A stretch of DNA of 64,000 nucleotides from the human T2T-CHM13v2.0 reference genome, Homo sapiens, in the NCBI RefSeq assembly GCF_009914755.1, contig NC_060932.1; one strand, written 5' to 3'. The position numbers and the translations under genes are program-made. The first letter of the stretch is position 1; each line of letters begins with the position of its first letter. Under the pieces are notes generated by a model, which worked only from the letters and a program-made list of their open reading frames with translations, made no database searches and had not been told where the DNA came from. This document shows positions 1-12,029 of this stretch, one piece after another.

Positions 1-1794
1 GTACTCAGTGATGGGGCCATTAGATATTTGGTTTCTACATTGCTGCGATGAAAATTTACAAAGAACGTTCATGGGGAAACCAGCTCCCATCCATGGGCAG
101 CAGAGGAATGTTGTCCAAGACTTACATGGACAGGTAAGACTAAGGTCTCATCCCATACTCAGCAGTTCTGTGACCTTTTACAGAACATAGGGAGGCAAGA
201 AGGGAAATGAGCCTTAGTTAGCCTCAGGGAGAACCAAGCCAGGTCTGTTTAGGGTCACCACCTTCACTGAACTGCCCTCCACTGGAGGCTAGGAACTGCA
301 GGACATGAGTTCAACATCAAAATAGTAAAAATAGTGGCAAATGTTTAGCAGTGTTTGCAACATATCAGGTGTCACAGCAACCTCTGCAGGAGAGGTGAGC
401 AGGGCTAATATTTAGCAGGTGCACCCTTGTACTGGCTGCCTGCCATTTAATAGGTTAGTGCCTCAGCTGGTTATTGAATATTTTCAACATCGGCCCAGGG
501 TACTAAGATTAGTTCCCATTTTACTGATTAGGAAATCGAGGTTAAGAGAGGGTAGCCGACTTGCCTGAGATCACACAGCCTCGTGTGTGGCAGAGCCTTA
601 GATTCCAAGCCAGGCTGTCTGATGCCAGACCTTCACAGCTATCCTATGCTTCCATGGCACCCTGGACTTCCCCTTGGAGCACTTGCCAGTGAAACAAACA
701 TGCCCTGGAGAAATGCCTGGGTGAGTGTGCCTTCTTCCTTGCACAGAGACGGGCCTCTTGCACCCTCTACTTTCCTACTGTGGCTGGGGTGAGGTGGCGG
801 GTAGAAGGGCGTGGGTTGTAGCTCACTGTCTTCTTCAGGAGTCCCACAGTGGGTAGGAGCACCAGCTGTTCAACAAGAGAAGACCATTAGGCTTCAGGAG
901 GGAGAGGAAGTTTTTTTGGGAATGAGAGGACCAAGAGAAATGAGGCACAGGAGAGATCGGCCCCAAGGCTTGTCCTGAAAAAAGAACATCATCTTCTTCT
1001 AAGGTCCCGAGCGTGGGATTTATCTGACACATTCTTCCACATGCTTATTGCAGGAGGAGCGTTGTGTTAAGTGCTTTGCATGCATTAATTATCTCATTTA
1101 AACCAAAACCAACCCAGTGTGGCTGAGTGACTATATGATGTCCATTTTACAGATGAGGAAAGGGAGGCTGAGAGAGCTTAAAGGACACACCACTTTTGAG
1201 TGGCAGAGCTAGGATGCAAACCAGACCTGACTGCTGTTAAAGCTTGTGATGTTTGTAGTCATTCTTCTATACTGTACCCTCATAGGAAGTTCAAAAACAG
1301 AGAGGGTGGGATTTGGTCTTTGGCTTTTGTTTAAATGTATGTTTTTATAGATATATTTCCTTAGCCCATGCTATGAACCAGGAGTTTCCATTTGTTTATT
1401 TAACTGATTTATTAAGCCTTTTTAGGGGCCAGCCCAGGTTCTGGGCACAAGCTGGAGAAGGAGAGCTGCTGCGGTCCCTAACTCATGCCTCTTGCGGCAG
1501 TGGGTGGGTGTGAAGAGGGAGGAGGGGAGGAGGTGGTGAGAAGTCTGCTTCACATTATTCAGAGTTTCCTGTGAGCCAGGCACTGTGCCTGGGGCTAAGT
1601 GATTATATCATTTAGCCCTCCCAATAGACTCTCAGGTAGACGCTCTCTTATTTCCACTTTTTTCCATTTACAGATGGGGAAATGAAGACTTAAGAAACTT
1701 AGGTAATCTGCCCAAAGGCTTATAGCCAATACATGGTAAAGCTGAGATGTGAACTCAAGTATCTGACTCCAAAGCCTGGGTTTTTTCTCTTTCT

Positions 1795-2099
1795 CTCTCT
1801 CTTTTTTTTTTTTTTTTGAGACAGGGTCTCACTCCTTCACCCAGTCTGGAGTGCAGTGACATGGTCATAACTCACTGTAACCTCAAACTCCTGGGCTCAA
1901 GTGATCCTCCTTTCTCAGCCTCCTGAGTAGCTGGGACTACAGGCACACACTTTTATGCCTGGATAATTTTTGTACTTTTTTTGTAGACAGGGTCTTACTG
2001 TGTTGCCCAGGCTGGTCTGGAACTCCTAGGCTAAAATGATCCTCCTGCCTCAGCCTCCCAAATTGCTGGGATTACAGGTGTGAGCCACTGTGCCCGGTC
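1795..2099 (-). mobile_element. Alu (AluJ-like)
   Basis: T tail, gagacagggtctcact...gctgggattacaggtgtgagccactg. Confidence 0.9.
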
Positions 2100-2469
2100 A
2101 AAGCCTGTGCTTTGATTTGCCGCCTAATCCTCCTCCGTTTTATATGTAATGTTAACCCCAAACCTGCAGGGTAGCCGTTATCAGCCTCATTTAACTGACA
2201 GGGAAGCCCAGTCTCAGCGGGGCCAGATGCGTGCCCAAGGCCTTGCTGGGAAGAATGGGATTCTGGGCCCAGGCATTCCAGCGCCAAGTCCAGGGCGTGA
2301 TTGTTACTCTGCAGTCCCTCTCTGTGACAAGAGCCTCACCGGGAACTCGGGGGTGGGGGCTCCCCCAAGCCTCCTGGCTGGACCCCATTCCAAGCGTTAG
2401 TGTAACAGATGTTGTGTGGCGGGAGTCTGTTGTGCTCCTGGTGTGTGGCTGGGATTCAGAGGTGTCTTC

Positions 2470-2700
2470 AAGCGCTCTAGGAAGCCGGCGGGCGGGGCCA
2501 TGGCCGCAGAAGTGAGTGCAGGGATGGAGAATACAGGGAGTCCCTTGACCGGAGGAGACTTTGGAGGCATTTGTGCTGTTCGCGTGAACTCCGCGTCCAT
2601 GGCCTACCCTGTGATTGTCATCATTTCTATGTGAGAAAAAAGCGGCTACTGATTCACAGCGAAAGGAAACGGACTAGGTTCTGAAACTTCCTGTTTGTCT
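2470..2700. promoter_or_regulatory. Small CpG-enriched cluster; possible enhancer or weak promoter
   Basis: Local CpG excess, GC box GGGCGGGG (2490-2497), ETS-like ACTTCCTG (2686-2693), IRF-like GAAAGGAAAC (2661-2670). Confidence 0.35.
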
Positions 2701-2766
2701 GGTATCTGCAAAGATATGTGTGTTATGCAAATACCCTGACTCCCCAGAACTGCAGGTGTGTACAAA

Positions 2767-2771
2767 CACAC

Positions 2772-2811
<40 letters not shown>
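2767..2811. repeat. (CA)n microsatellite
   Basis: Seen directly; one CG interruption. Confidence 0.95.
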
Positions 2812-2814
<3 letters not shown>

Positions 2815-3664
2815 CTGCTTGGCCCCATGCAGTGGGTCTCCTCTGTACCCAGTAAACTGAAACATGACTCTACTAACATGGTAGCCAGGACACTGGGGAC
2901 TCTGCTGTCGGAATCCCTGATCATAGAGACAGCAGCTTTGGCCTTCGGCTCAAAGAGCTTCACAGATGTCCCTTGTAGGCGAGTCCTGGCTCTGGCTCCT
3001 GGCCCACTGCAGAGCCTGGGAGTGAGGCAGGCAGATAGGCGAGGGGGTCTCACCCAGGCCCAGGAACTCCATTTTCTCTCAGCCCCATTCCTCCCTCCCT
3101 CGGCTCCCTGACCGTGCTGAACGCAGCTCCCAAGCAGGGGGAGAGTCCAGATAATGGCAGATGTTGATTGTTTCCTGTTGGTTCACTGTGTCCTTTTGGC
3201 AGGCCTTTCTTTCTTTCAAAATATATTCAGGTTTGAGCCTAGCACTGCAGCTTGCTGAGTGGGTCTATGCTTCCATAGAGCAGTGGCTTCGGGCACAGGC
3301 CTGAGACCCAGCCTGCCTGCGGGCTGCTAGCTGCCAGCTACCTCTGCACTAGGAAGCTTTTTAAACAGCTGAATGCAAGCTTCAGCGTTAATAGGTGAAA
3401 GTGAAAATGACATGTGACTTCTAGACAATTCTCATAGATTCAAAATAATTGTTCTCTGTAATGAGTAAAATAACACTCTTGCAACAGCTGAATGCTTTTC
3501 TCATATTCTGAGTTGCCCGAATTAGGGGAAATGGGTCTAAATGGCTGCAAGAGGCAGTTTTGTCAGCTAGACGTCTTTTTACAAGTATATTGCATCCTTC
3601 AGTCTCTTCCTGCCCCACCCTAAGACCCTCACCTGGGAAATGGGAGGATGGCTTGGAAGGCAAT

Positions 3665-4077
3665 TGTCAGGCCTCTGAGCCCAAGCTAAGCCATCATATC
3701 CCCTGTGACCTGTACATACACATCCAGATGGCCCGGTTCCTGCCTTAACTGATGACATTCCACCACAAAAGAAGTGAAAATGGCCTGTTCCTGCCTTAAC
3801 TGATGACATTACCTTGTGAAATTCCTTCTCCTGGCTCATCCTGGCTCAAAAGCTCCCCCGCTGAGCACCTTGTGACCCCCACCCCTGCCCGCCAGAAAAC
3901 AACCCCTTTGACTGTAATTTTCCTTTACCTACCCAAATCCTATAAAACAGCCCCACCCCTATCTCCCTTCGCTGACTCTCTTTTCGGACTCAGCCCGCCT
4001 GCACCCAAGTGAAATAAACAGCCTTGTTGCTCACACAAAGCCTGTTTGGTGGTCTCTTCACACGGACGTGCGTGAAA
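3665..4077 (+). mobile_element. Solo HERV-H LTR (LTR7 family, LTR7Y/LTR7B-like)
   Basis: Starts TGTCAGGCCTCTGAGCCCAAGCTAAGCC and ends CACACGGACGTGCGTGAAA. Internal repeat GTTCCTGCCTTAACTGATGACATT at 3736 and 3787, TATAAAA at 3941, AATAAA at ~4013. 5-bp TSD GCAAT/GCGAT. Confidence 0.9.
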
Positions 4078-5148
4078 GCGATGAAGCTGAGGTTGCAGGA
4101 AAGGAGTGATCACCTGGCTCAGAGCTGGGCCCTAAAAGTCTAGGCCAGAGCCTCCCTGTTGTGAAAGGGAGTGGAAGGAGAAGGGGCTGGGATGGGTCAA
4201 ACTGGGTGGAAAGCTAGGCTCTGCTGTTTAGAAGCTGTATGATCTTGAGCAAGTTGCTTAACCCTTGCTAAGCCTCAGTTTCCCTTCCTGCAGAAAGGGA
4301 TTATCATGGGGACGAAAGGGGATCCAGAACCTGGAGTGGAGGATAGGGTGGGTAAGTGGAAGGTGTCATGAGGACAACATATGCTGAGACACTCACCACC
4401 CTTTCTGAGGGCGCCTCAGCAGCAGGTCACATGGTGCCTGAAACTCGTTTTTCTGAGTTGTGCTGGTTTGTGGAATGAAAAGGGAAGCCAGGCTTCCTTC
4501 TTACTAGCTCTGACTGCCTTGTTTTAAGGATCATTCACCTTCCCTAAGGATGGGATAAAGCCTTCCTGTAGAGCAGACCGATCTCCTTCTTTATCCCTAC
4601 AGTTCTCCCACCGTGGCCATGGCCTTGGGGGCTGTTCTGACTCTTACATTTATATATCACTCCTACTTTCCCAGCCAGCAGGATAGAAAACCTGAGAAGG
4701 GAATTCTGCCTTATAAACATTTCTTACAGATGGGGCAGACAGGTTGTTTCTTTTTTACCAAGGAAGCTCAGGGCAATTCTGGTTGCAGGAATGTTAAGCA
4801 CTGATAAAGAAGAGAAGAAAAAATATTCACCCTCCAGGGCCTGGAATTTCCCCATTCCTGAGCCCTGGCTTCCCTGTCTGAGATAGAGACTGTCAGTCAG
4901 TCACCTACCAATTCCCAATTTCTCTTTCTGCTTTACTAAAAGTACTTGATTTGGGATGGGGGTGGGGGGTGGCAGGCAGCAATACATCCAAGTAAAAGAC
5001 TGTACTTCCCAAATCTCTTGAAACTAGGGACAGCCAATGAGGTATAAATGAAAATTATTGGGGCTGGGGTCCCAAAAGCTTCTCTCTCTTTTTTGAGACA
5101 GAGTCTCAGTTTGTCATCTAGGCTGGAGTGCAGCAGCAGGATCACAGC

Positions 5149-5626
5149 TGTAAAATCAAAAGTGTCAAAGACAGGTCTCAATCAATTTAGAAAGTTCATT
5201 TTGCCAAAGTTAAGAGCACACCTTTAACCTCAGGTGATCCTGACAGCATGTACCCAAGGTGGTTGGTGCCCAACTTGGTTTTATACATTTTAGGGAGCAT
5301 AAGGCATCAATCAATATGTGTAAGATGTACATTGGTTTGGTCTGGAAAGGTGGGACAACTGAAAGGTGGGACTTCCAAGTCATAGGTGGATTCAAAGATT
5401 TTCTGATTGGCAATTGGTTGAAAGAGTTATTATCGATAGAAAAGAATGTCTGGGTTATGATGAGGGGTTTTGAAGGGAGGAGGGTAGAATGAGGCATGTC
5501 TGACTCCCCCTTCCCATCATGGCCTGAACTAGTTTTTCAGGTTAACTTTGGAATGCCCTTGGCTAAGAGGAAGGGTCCATTCAGATGGTTGGCGGGGGGG
5601 CCTTAGAATTTTATTGTTGGTTTACG
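5149..5626 (-). mobile_element. MER4A-like ERV1 solo LTR
   Basis: tgtaaa...gacaggtctcaatcaatttagaaag...tggtttac termini match the recalled MER4A family. Flanks CAGC/TGGC are consistent with a CGGC TSD after CpG decay. Confidence 0.75.
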
Positions 5627-5802
5627 TGGCTCAGTGCAGCCTTCACCTCCTGGGCTCAAGTGATCCTTCCATCTCAGCCTCTTGAGTAGCTGTGGCCACA
5701 GGTGCATGCCACCATGCCTGGCTAACTTTTTTTTTTGGTAGATATGGGGTCTTGCCATGTTGCCCAGGCTGGTTTTGAATTCCTAAGCTCAAGTTATCCT
5801 CC

Positions 5803-6466
5803 TGTTACAGGAAAGGGGTCCTGATCCAGATCCCAAGAGAGAGTTCTTGGATCTCACACAAGAAAGAATTCGAGGTGAATCCATAGAGTAAAGTGAAAGC
5901 AAGTTTATTAGGAAAGTAAAGAAATAAAAGAATGGCTACTCCATAGGCACAGCAGCTTCCAGGGCTGCTGGCTGCCCATTTTTATGGTTATTTCTTGATT
6001 ATATGCTAATTATTTAGTGTTTGCAAAAATAGCCAGGCTATAAGGGGTGGATTATTCATGAGTTTTGTGGAAAAGGGGTGGGCAATTCCCAGAGCTGAGG
6101 GTTCCTCCCATTTTTAGACCATATAGGGTAACTGCCAGATCTTACCATGGCATCTGTAAACTGCCATGGTGCTGATGAGAGTGTCTTTTAGCATGCTAAG
6201 GCATTATAATTAGCATATAATGAGCAGTGAGGACAATCAGAGATCACTCTTATCACTATCTTGCTTTTGGGGGGTTTTAACCAGCTTCTTTACAGCAGCC
6301 TGTTTTATCAGCAAGGTCTTTGTGACCTGTTTCTTGTGCTGACCTCCTATGTCATCCTGTGACTTAGAATGCCTACCCTTCTAGGAATGCAGCCTAGTAG
6401 TTCTCAGTCTTATTTTACCCAGCCCCTACTCAAGATGGAGTCCCTCTGGTTCAAATGCCTCTGACA
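5803..6466 (-). mobile_element. MER41B solo LTR
   Basis: Minus strand starts TGTCAGAGGCATTTGAACCAGAG..ACTCCATCTTGAGTAGGGGCTGGGTAAAAT, as in the MER41 consensus. Perfect 4-bp TSD CTCC (5799-5802 / 6467-6470). Confidence 0.88.
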
Positions 6467-6689
6467 CTCCCACCTCAGCCTCCCATAGTGCTGGAATTAC
6501 AGGCTTGAGCCACTGCACCTGGCCTTAAAAGCTTCTTAAAGGGATCTAAGAAATTGACTCTCCCCACCCTCTTTCTTAACCGTAAAACACTAATGTAATG
6601 GCTGGAGTTCTAGCAACCATATTGGGCCATGAGGCAACCTTGAAAAAGGAAGCCACAAACTAAAACATTGACTCTCAACCTTTAATGCT

Positions 6690-7180
6690 GAAAAAAGAAA
6701 AAGTATCCCCTGACATCCGGGAAATGGCCTGACACTTTGAGCTAGGGCTTAATCTTATTAAAAGCTTGCCTGGCTATTTTTGCAAACACTGATGTCAGTC
6801 GCCAGTCTGCAACTGTGATGAAGAGGTCAAAAGAGACCCCTTCCTAACTCTGTCTAAGCACAAACAACTCCACAAAACACTAGACACACCCCCTTCTGGC
6901 TCATTAAGTGACAGGGGCCTCCTTATCAACTATAACTATAGCCTTGATCTTGTCTTCTGTCCTTATAGATAAGATTTACTAACATACCCAGCTGCAGAAT
7001 TGTCCCATTTCCAGACAGCAGACAATGCAGAGCAAGCCCTTCCCTCCTAGACCCTCCCCAAATTCACCTAACCAAAGCCCAAAGCCTAAAAGTCCCTTTG
7101 AACACCTTTTTAGTGAAATGGTGCCCCCATGATATCTTCCTCATTGCAACCAGTAATAAAGCCAACTTGTTCAAATGCCG
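6690..7180 (+). mobile_element. Old ERV LTR-like fragment (family uncertain)
   Basis: LTR-like 3' part with cattgcaa...AATAAAgccaacttgtt. Family not resolved. Confidence 0.4.
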
Positions 7181-8624
7181 GTTTGCAAATAAATCACTTG
7201 GGGATTTGTTAAAATGCAGACTGTGGTTCAGTAGGTCTGAAGTAGAGCTTATTCTGTGTTTGCCACAAGCACCCAGTGAGGCACTTGCTGCTGGACCATG
7301 GTCCCACTTTGGGTAGCAAGGCAGTTAAGGGTGGCAGATTAGAACACTGGACATGCTTAACCTTGACCATGGGACCACTGTATGCATCCTGTTGTTTCTC
7401 AGTGAAAATATGCCTGTATTTCATGTAAGCCCCCGCTATATATGTTGGCTACTAGCAACTTAACCAACACGTTGTCCTTGTCCTTAGAAAATGTGTGGTT
7501 ACAGCCAGGTGTGAGCAGGCCTAGACCAGGCTTGGGGATTTATTGACCAAATGTGGTGCCTTTGAGGTGAAACCACAAGTAATCAGAGAAGCTGAGTCAC
7601 TCCACTTAGTGGACTGGTGGAAAATTCTCAAATGGTCTTAAGCTGGCCCCATGTTGGGCTGAGGACTAGAGATCTCAGAGGCTCCACCTGCCCATCCAAT
7701 TGCAGGTGTCTGGGCCTGGCCCCACCTTGCCTTCCTGCTCCATTGCTCACCATTCCACACCCAAAGGCACCATGATGTTTTGTACCTCCTTGCCTTTGCT
7801 CTTCCCTTTGCCAGGGATGCCCTTCCCACCTTCCTCCACGTGGCTAACCCTCCCTCAGCTCTGCTTCCAGGGTGTCTCCCCTGGTCGCCAAGGGCTGGCT
7901 AGTGCCTCTTCTTTGCTCCCAGGGCACCCTGTGCCTTTCTGTGCCCCAACTATTTCCCAGTTTGTAGCAGTTATTTATTTTGTGGTCATCTTCCCACTGG
8001 TCGTCAGCTCCTAGAGGGCAGGGATCATGTTTTGGGTTATTCATCACTGCATCCCCTGACATAGTCCCCAAACCTCGAGAACTATGAAACTGCACCAAAG
8101 GTTCCAGCTCCCCCACAGCCTGCCCTTAACCTTGAGCCATTTGAAGGGAGAGTATGAGACAATAGTGAAAGAAACCCTTCTCTAATGTTTTCCCCATTTA
8201 GGTTATGTGAAGTTGGCAGTTCCCAAGGGCTTTAGGCTTGAAGCTGTGGGTCATACCCCTTCGGAAACTTGGTCCCCAAGAGAAATGTATGCTTCTGAAA
8301 ACCACAGGTGCATGAATCGTGTTTAGTAAATGACTACTAAACTGAAATCAGGACTTGTCTATATCTTGGCTTCTCAAACTTGAATATGCTTATCATCTGG
8401 ATAGCAAAAGCATTCCTACACGTTGAGGCCTGCCAGCGTGGGTGTCACCCAGGAGCCACTCGGAAAGGCTCATCGGAAACCACCCCGGACTGACTGAGGC
8501 AGAATCTCTGGGGGCAGGACCCAGGCCTCAGCATAAAAACTCCAGGTGACGGAAGAGCTCCCACCTAACAGGTGTGTTGGCATTGTTGTAGGTGACTGAC
8601 GTAGTTTCCCATCTCACAACTCTA

Positions 8625-8798
<174 letters not shown>

Positions 8799-9569
8799 TT
8801 AGTTTTTATTTTACACGGCTCACTGTGGCTTTGACCTCCCATGCTGAAGCGATCCTCCTATCTCAACCTCTCAAGTAGCTGGAAGCACAGGCATGCACCA
8901 CCACACCTGGCTAATTTTTTTCTTCCTTTTTTAAAGAGACAGTCTTGCCATGTTGCCCAGGCCCTGTTGACCAGGAAAAAAAAAAGTTTTTTTTCTTTTT
9001 TAAAGAAAGAAAATAAAAGAGACTGAGAAACCACAGAAATAAAGAAGCGCTGATGACAATGCCTGCTTGCTGATGGTTACGATGATCATAGCAGTGTGCA
9101 TTTTGTATGCATGAAGCCTGCGACTAAATAAACGTGTGGGGAAATATTTGTAAGGAAATAAGCTATTAATAAAATAAGCTAAAATCACAGTTGCTGGACT
9201 ATGACTGATTTTTCCCCTTTCTCTCATTTAAAATTAAATATTTGTATGACTTGTATAATAGAAAAATACATGTATTCAATCTTAAAAAGATATTCTTATT
9301 TTACACTTTACGGGACAAAAGAGGTTGTAGGTTGGAATGGTTCAGTCCCCTTGTGACAACTCAAAAACAGAGACCTTAAGCCTTTCTCAACCAATGTTGC
9401 GGGACAAGCAGGCGTGTGAGGCGACAATGCCATTAGGGTATTTTTTGGAAAAATTTTAGTGTGAGAGACAAAAGCCAAATTCAAACTGGCCTGAGCCAAA
9501 ATAGGTAGGAAAGGGAGAAGCGGAGACAGGGAGGAAGAAAGAGAGAGAACAGAAAGAAAAAGGGAGAAA

Positions 9570-10017
9570 TGTCGAAAGGCAAAATTACAACACATTTAGT
9601 TAAATGATTGAATTGGTTTTTATTTGTAATTCATGAATTGGGGCAGCATCTCCTCTAAAACTTTAGGAAAAGTGCTCTGATGAGCTAAACAGAGAAGCTT
9701 GGCTTTATAGGCAGAAAAGGGTGAAGAAAGCAGACACAGGGAACAAAAAGCAGATTGGTAAGCTCAGGTTACTTCAGGTTACTTTCCTTATAAAGGTTAA
9801 AGTAGAGGGGACTTCCTTATCATGCTGGCTACAACTGGCCTGTTTGGGGATTTGCATATTATCTCTCTCTGTCTTGAGTTCTGGGAAGGTCTGATGACTT
9901 AGTTTCAGTTTGGTGATATGGAACTTAGCATGAGTGACTCCATCTTGGTTTGGTCTACTGGGGCCTCCTGCAGGAGCTCAGCCCAAATCAGTGACCTCCT
10001 ATAAATTTCATTTAATA
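9570..10017 (-). mobile_element. MER31-family ERV1 LTR
   Basis: Minus strand begins TTAAATGAAATTTATAGGAGG...CAGTAGACCAAACCAAGATGGAGTCACTCATGCTAAG, resembling the recalled MER31 5' end. Confidence 0.6.
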
Positions 10018-10125
10018 GAAAAGGAAGGAAGGAAGGAAGGAAGGAATGAAGGAAGGGAGGGAGGGAGGGAGGGAGGGAGGGAGGGAGGGAGGGAGGAAGG
10101 GAGGAAAGAAGGAAGGAAAGAAAGA
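10018..10125. repeat. (GGAA)n/(GGGA)n polypurine tract
   Basis: Seen directly. Confidence 0.95.
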
Positions 10126-12029
10126 AAGTTGCTTATAAGTTGCTTATAACTAAAAAGACCAGCTGGACCCAGGAGCTCTGAGGTTGCTTTCAGGCCTCTG
10201 TCCATCTCTTAGTTTTCCATCCTCAGACAGGCTCTGCCCTGCCTTACAGTCTAGCATTGTTGGCCAAAGGTGACTGACTGGCCCAGCTTGGGCTATATGT
10301 CCTTCCCTGTGGCCAGAGAGATGTGTCTCTGTGATGGCCAGGCTTGGGTCACGTACTCCCTCCCCTACCAGAATCACATGAAAAGAGGGAGGAAGAGCCG
10401 CTTTCCACCAAAGGAAACTGAAGTGCTATTGTCAGAGGGGTTGCTGGGCAGACCAAAAAGATGACAATATCTGCTCCAATCGCTCGGGTTGTTGGTGCTT
10501 GGCAGATTTGCCCCTACGTCACTTTTCAGATGTGGATAAGACTGAAGGTGACCACAGGCTTCCGAGAGGAAAGCTGCCAATGGGGGTGTGAGAGGAGGGG
10601 GAATTCTTACTCACCAAGGTTAACACTGTGCACACTGTTCTCCGAGGAAGTGGGAATTTCCACATGGTGAGTTCCCTTCCCTGTACAATGAATTACTATC
10701 TTGATGAGAAACCCGTGGGCAGCTGGTTGAGAAGAGAAAGGTATTCTCTGAATGAGAGGGAATTTACCACCTTCCTTTCAATGGTGACAGTTTTTTCTGG
10801 TGTCACCGCAGGGTGTGGATTGATTCATATACAAATATACATATCTACATAGATGCCATTCTGCTAGCCTCTGCAAAATGCATGCCTGGAGACCATTTCT
10901 GCTGCCTAGGAGATGTCAACTTTGTCACCACCACTCTCTCTCCACCACTCCCACACCCTGCAGGGGCCAGGTGTGTGGGTGGGGAGCTCCCCAGCTGGAG
11001 GCCAGATTAGAGGTCTCTGTGTGGTGGGGATGGGGAGGATGGGGTGGGAATGAGGTGGTAGGCCACTGGCAGTGGTCCAAGTTCCATCCAGGATCTGTCC
11101 TAGGCCTCTCCCCAGGCTGTCGCTTCCACCATTGAATTTCTAACCTGGATCTCTAAGGTTATGAATATCTCATTCCCGCATCCTGGGGTGCTCAGACATG
11201 TCTCCCCTGAGTCTCTAGCTGGGCTCGTGGCTGTGATCATTGTCCTCAGAGTTCCATCCTCCCAACAAAGGGACAGAAGAAACACAGGGCCCACTTTTCT
11301 GGATTCTGAGTTGGAGCCAATAAATTCTATCTGCTGCTTCCTTCCTGTTGAATTATCCCCCAAGGACCCCTTAGTCCCTCCAGTCTCCTCCAGAGGCCTA
11401 TAGCTGCCCCAGCTCCCCATGATGGATACCTGGCTCTTTCCTACCCAGAGGAAAACGCAGGCCCTTCCCCAGCCCTGCACTGAACTCCTGTGAGTGGCTG
11501 AGGAGATGAGGAGGTGTGAAGAGTGAGTGTGTTGGGGAGGGAGGGGTCCCCTGCCACCAGGTACCAAGGACTTCTGCCAGATCACCAGAACTGACACCTG
11601 GTTCCACCGGCCAGCTGTGAAGTGTCGGCCCTGACATCAACAGCTGACCTCCCACAGGGCCTAAGGAAACGGAATTGTGGGTAAATGAAACATTTTATTT
11701 ATTTTATTTTGTTTTATTTTTATAAATTTTTGGGGAGACAGTTTTGCTATGTTGCCAAGGCTGGGCTTGATCTCCTGACCTTAAGTGATCCTCCTACCTT
11801 GGCCTCCTGTGCTGAGATTACAGGTGTGAATCACCATGCCTGGCCAAGAAGTGAATTTGTAAAAGACATGAGGAAAGGCCTGGTGGAAAGCTAACAGTGA
11901 AAAAAATTTTCAATACTTGCTATAGAAACTAAAGAAACTCACAATATTTTGCTCTCTATTGGATCATTTCCATCAACATACAAATAAATACCTGTTATTT
12001 TTTCCATCTTTAAAAAAATGCCTTCATTA

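Larger units (their letters stand above)
5090..6525 (-). mobile_element. AluJ-like element split into three pieces by two LTR insertions
   Basis: Antisense Alu pieces 5090-5148, 5627-5802 and 6467-6525 are contiguous once the LTRs are removed. Confidence 0.85.

Noticed and set aside
2646-3111. ORFs with CVCVCV/HTHTHT runs
   Set aside because: Artefacts of the (CA)n microsatellite. The same applies at 30766-31163 and to the GGAA tract ORFs at 9934-10205.
3736-3810. 24-nt direct repeat with a spacer, superficially CRISPR-like
   Set aside because: Only two copies, and they are the internal U3 repeat of HERV-H LTRs. The context is eukaryotic with no cas genes.
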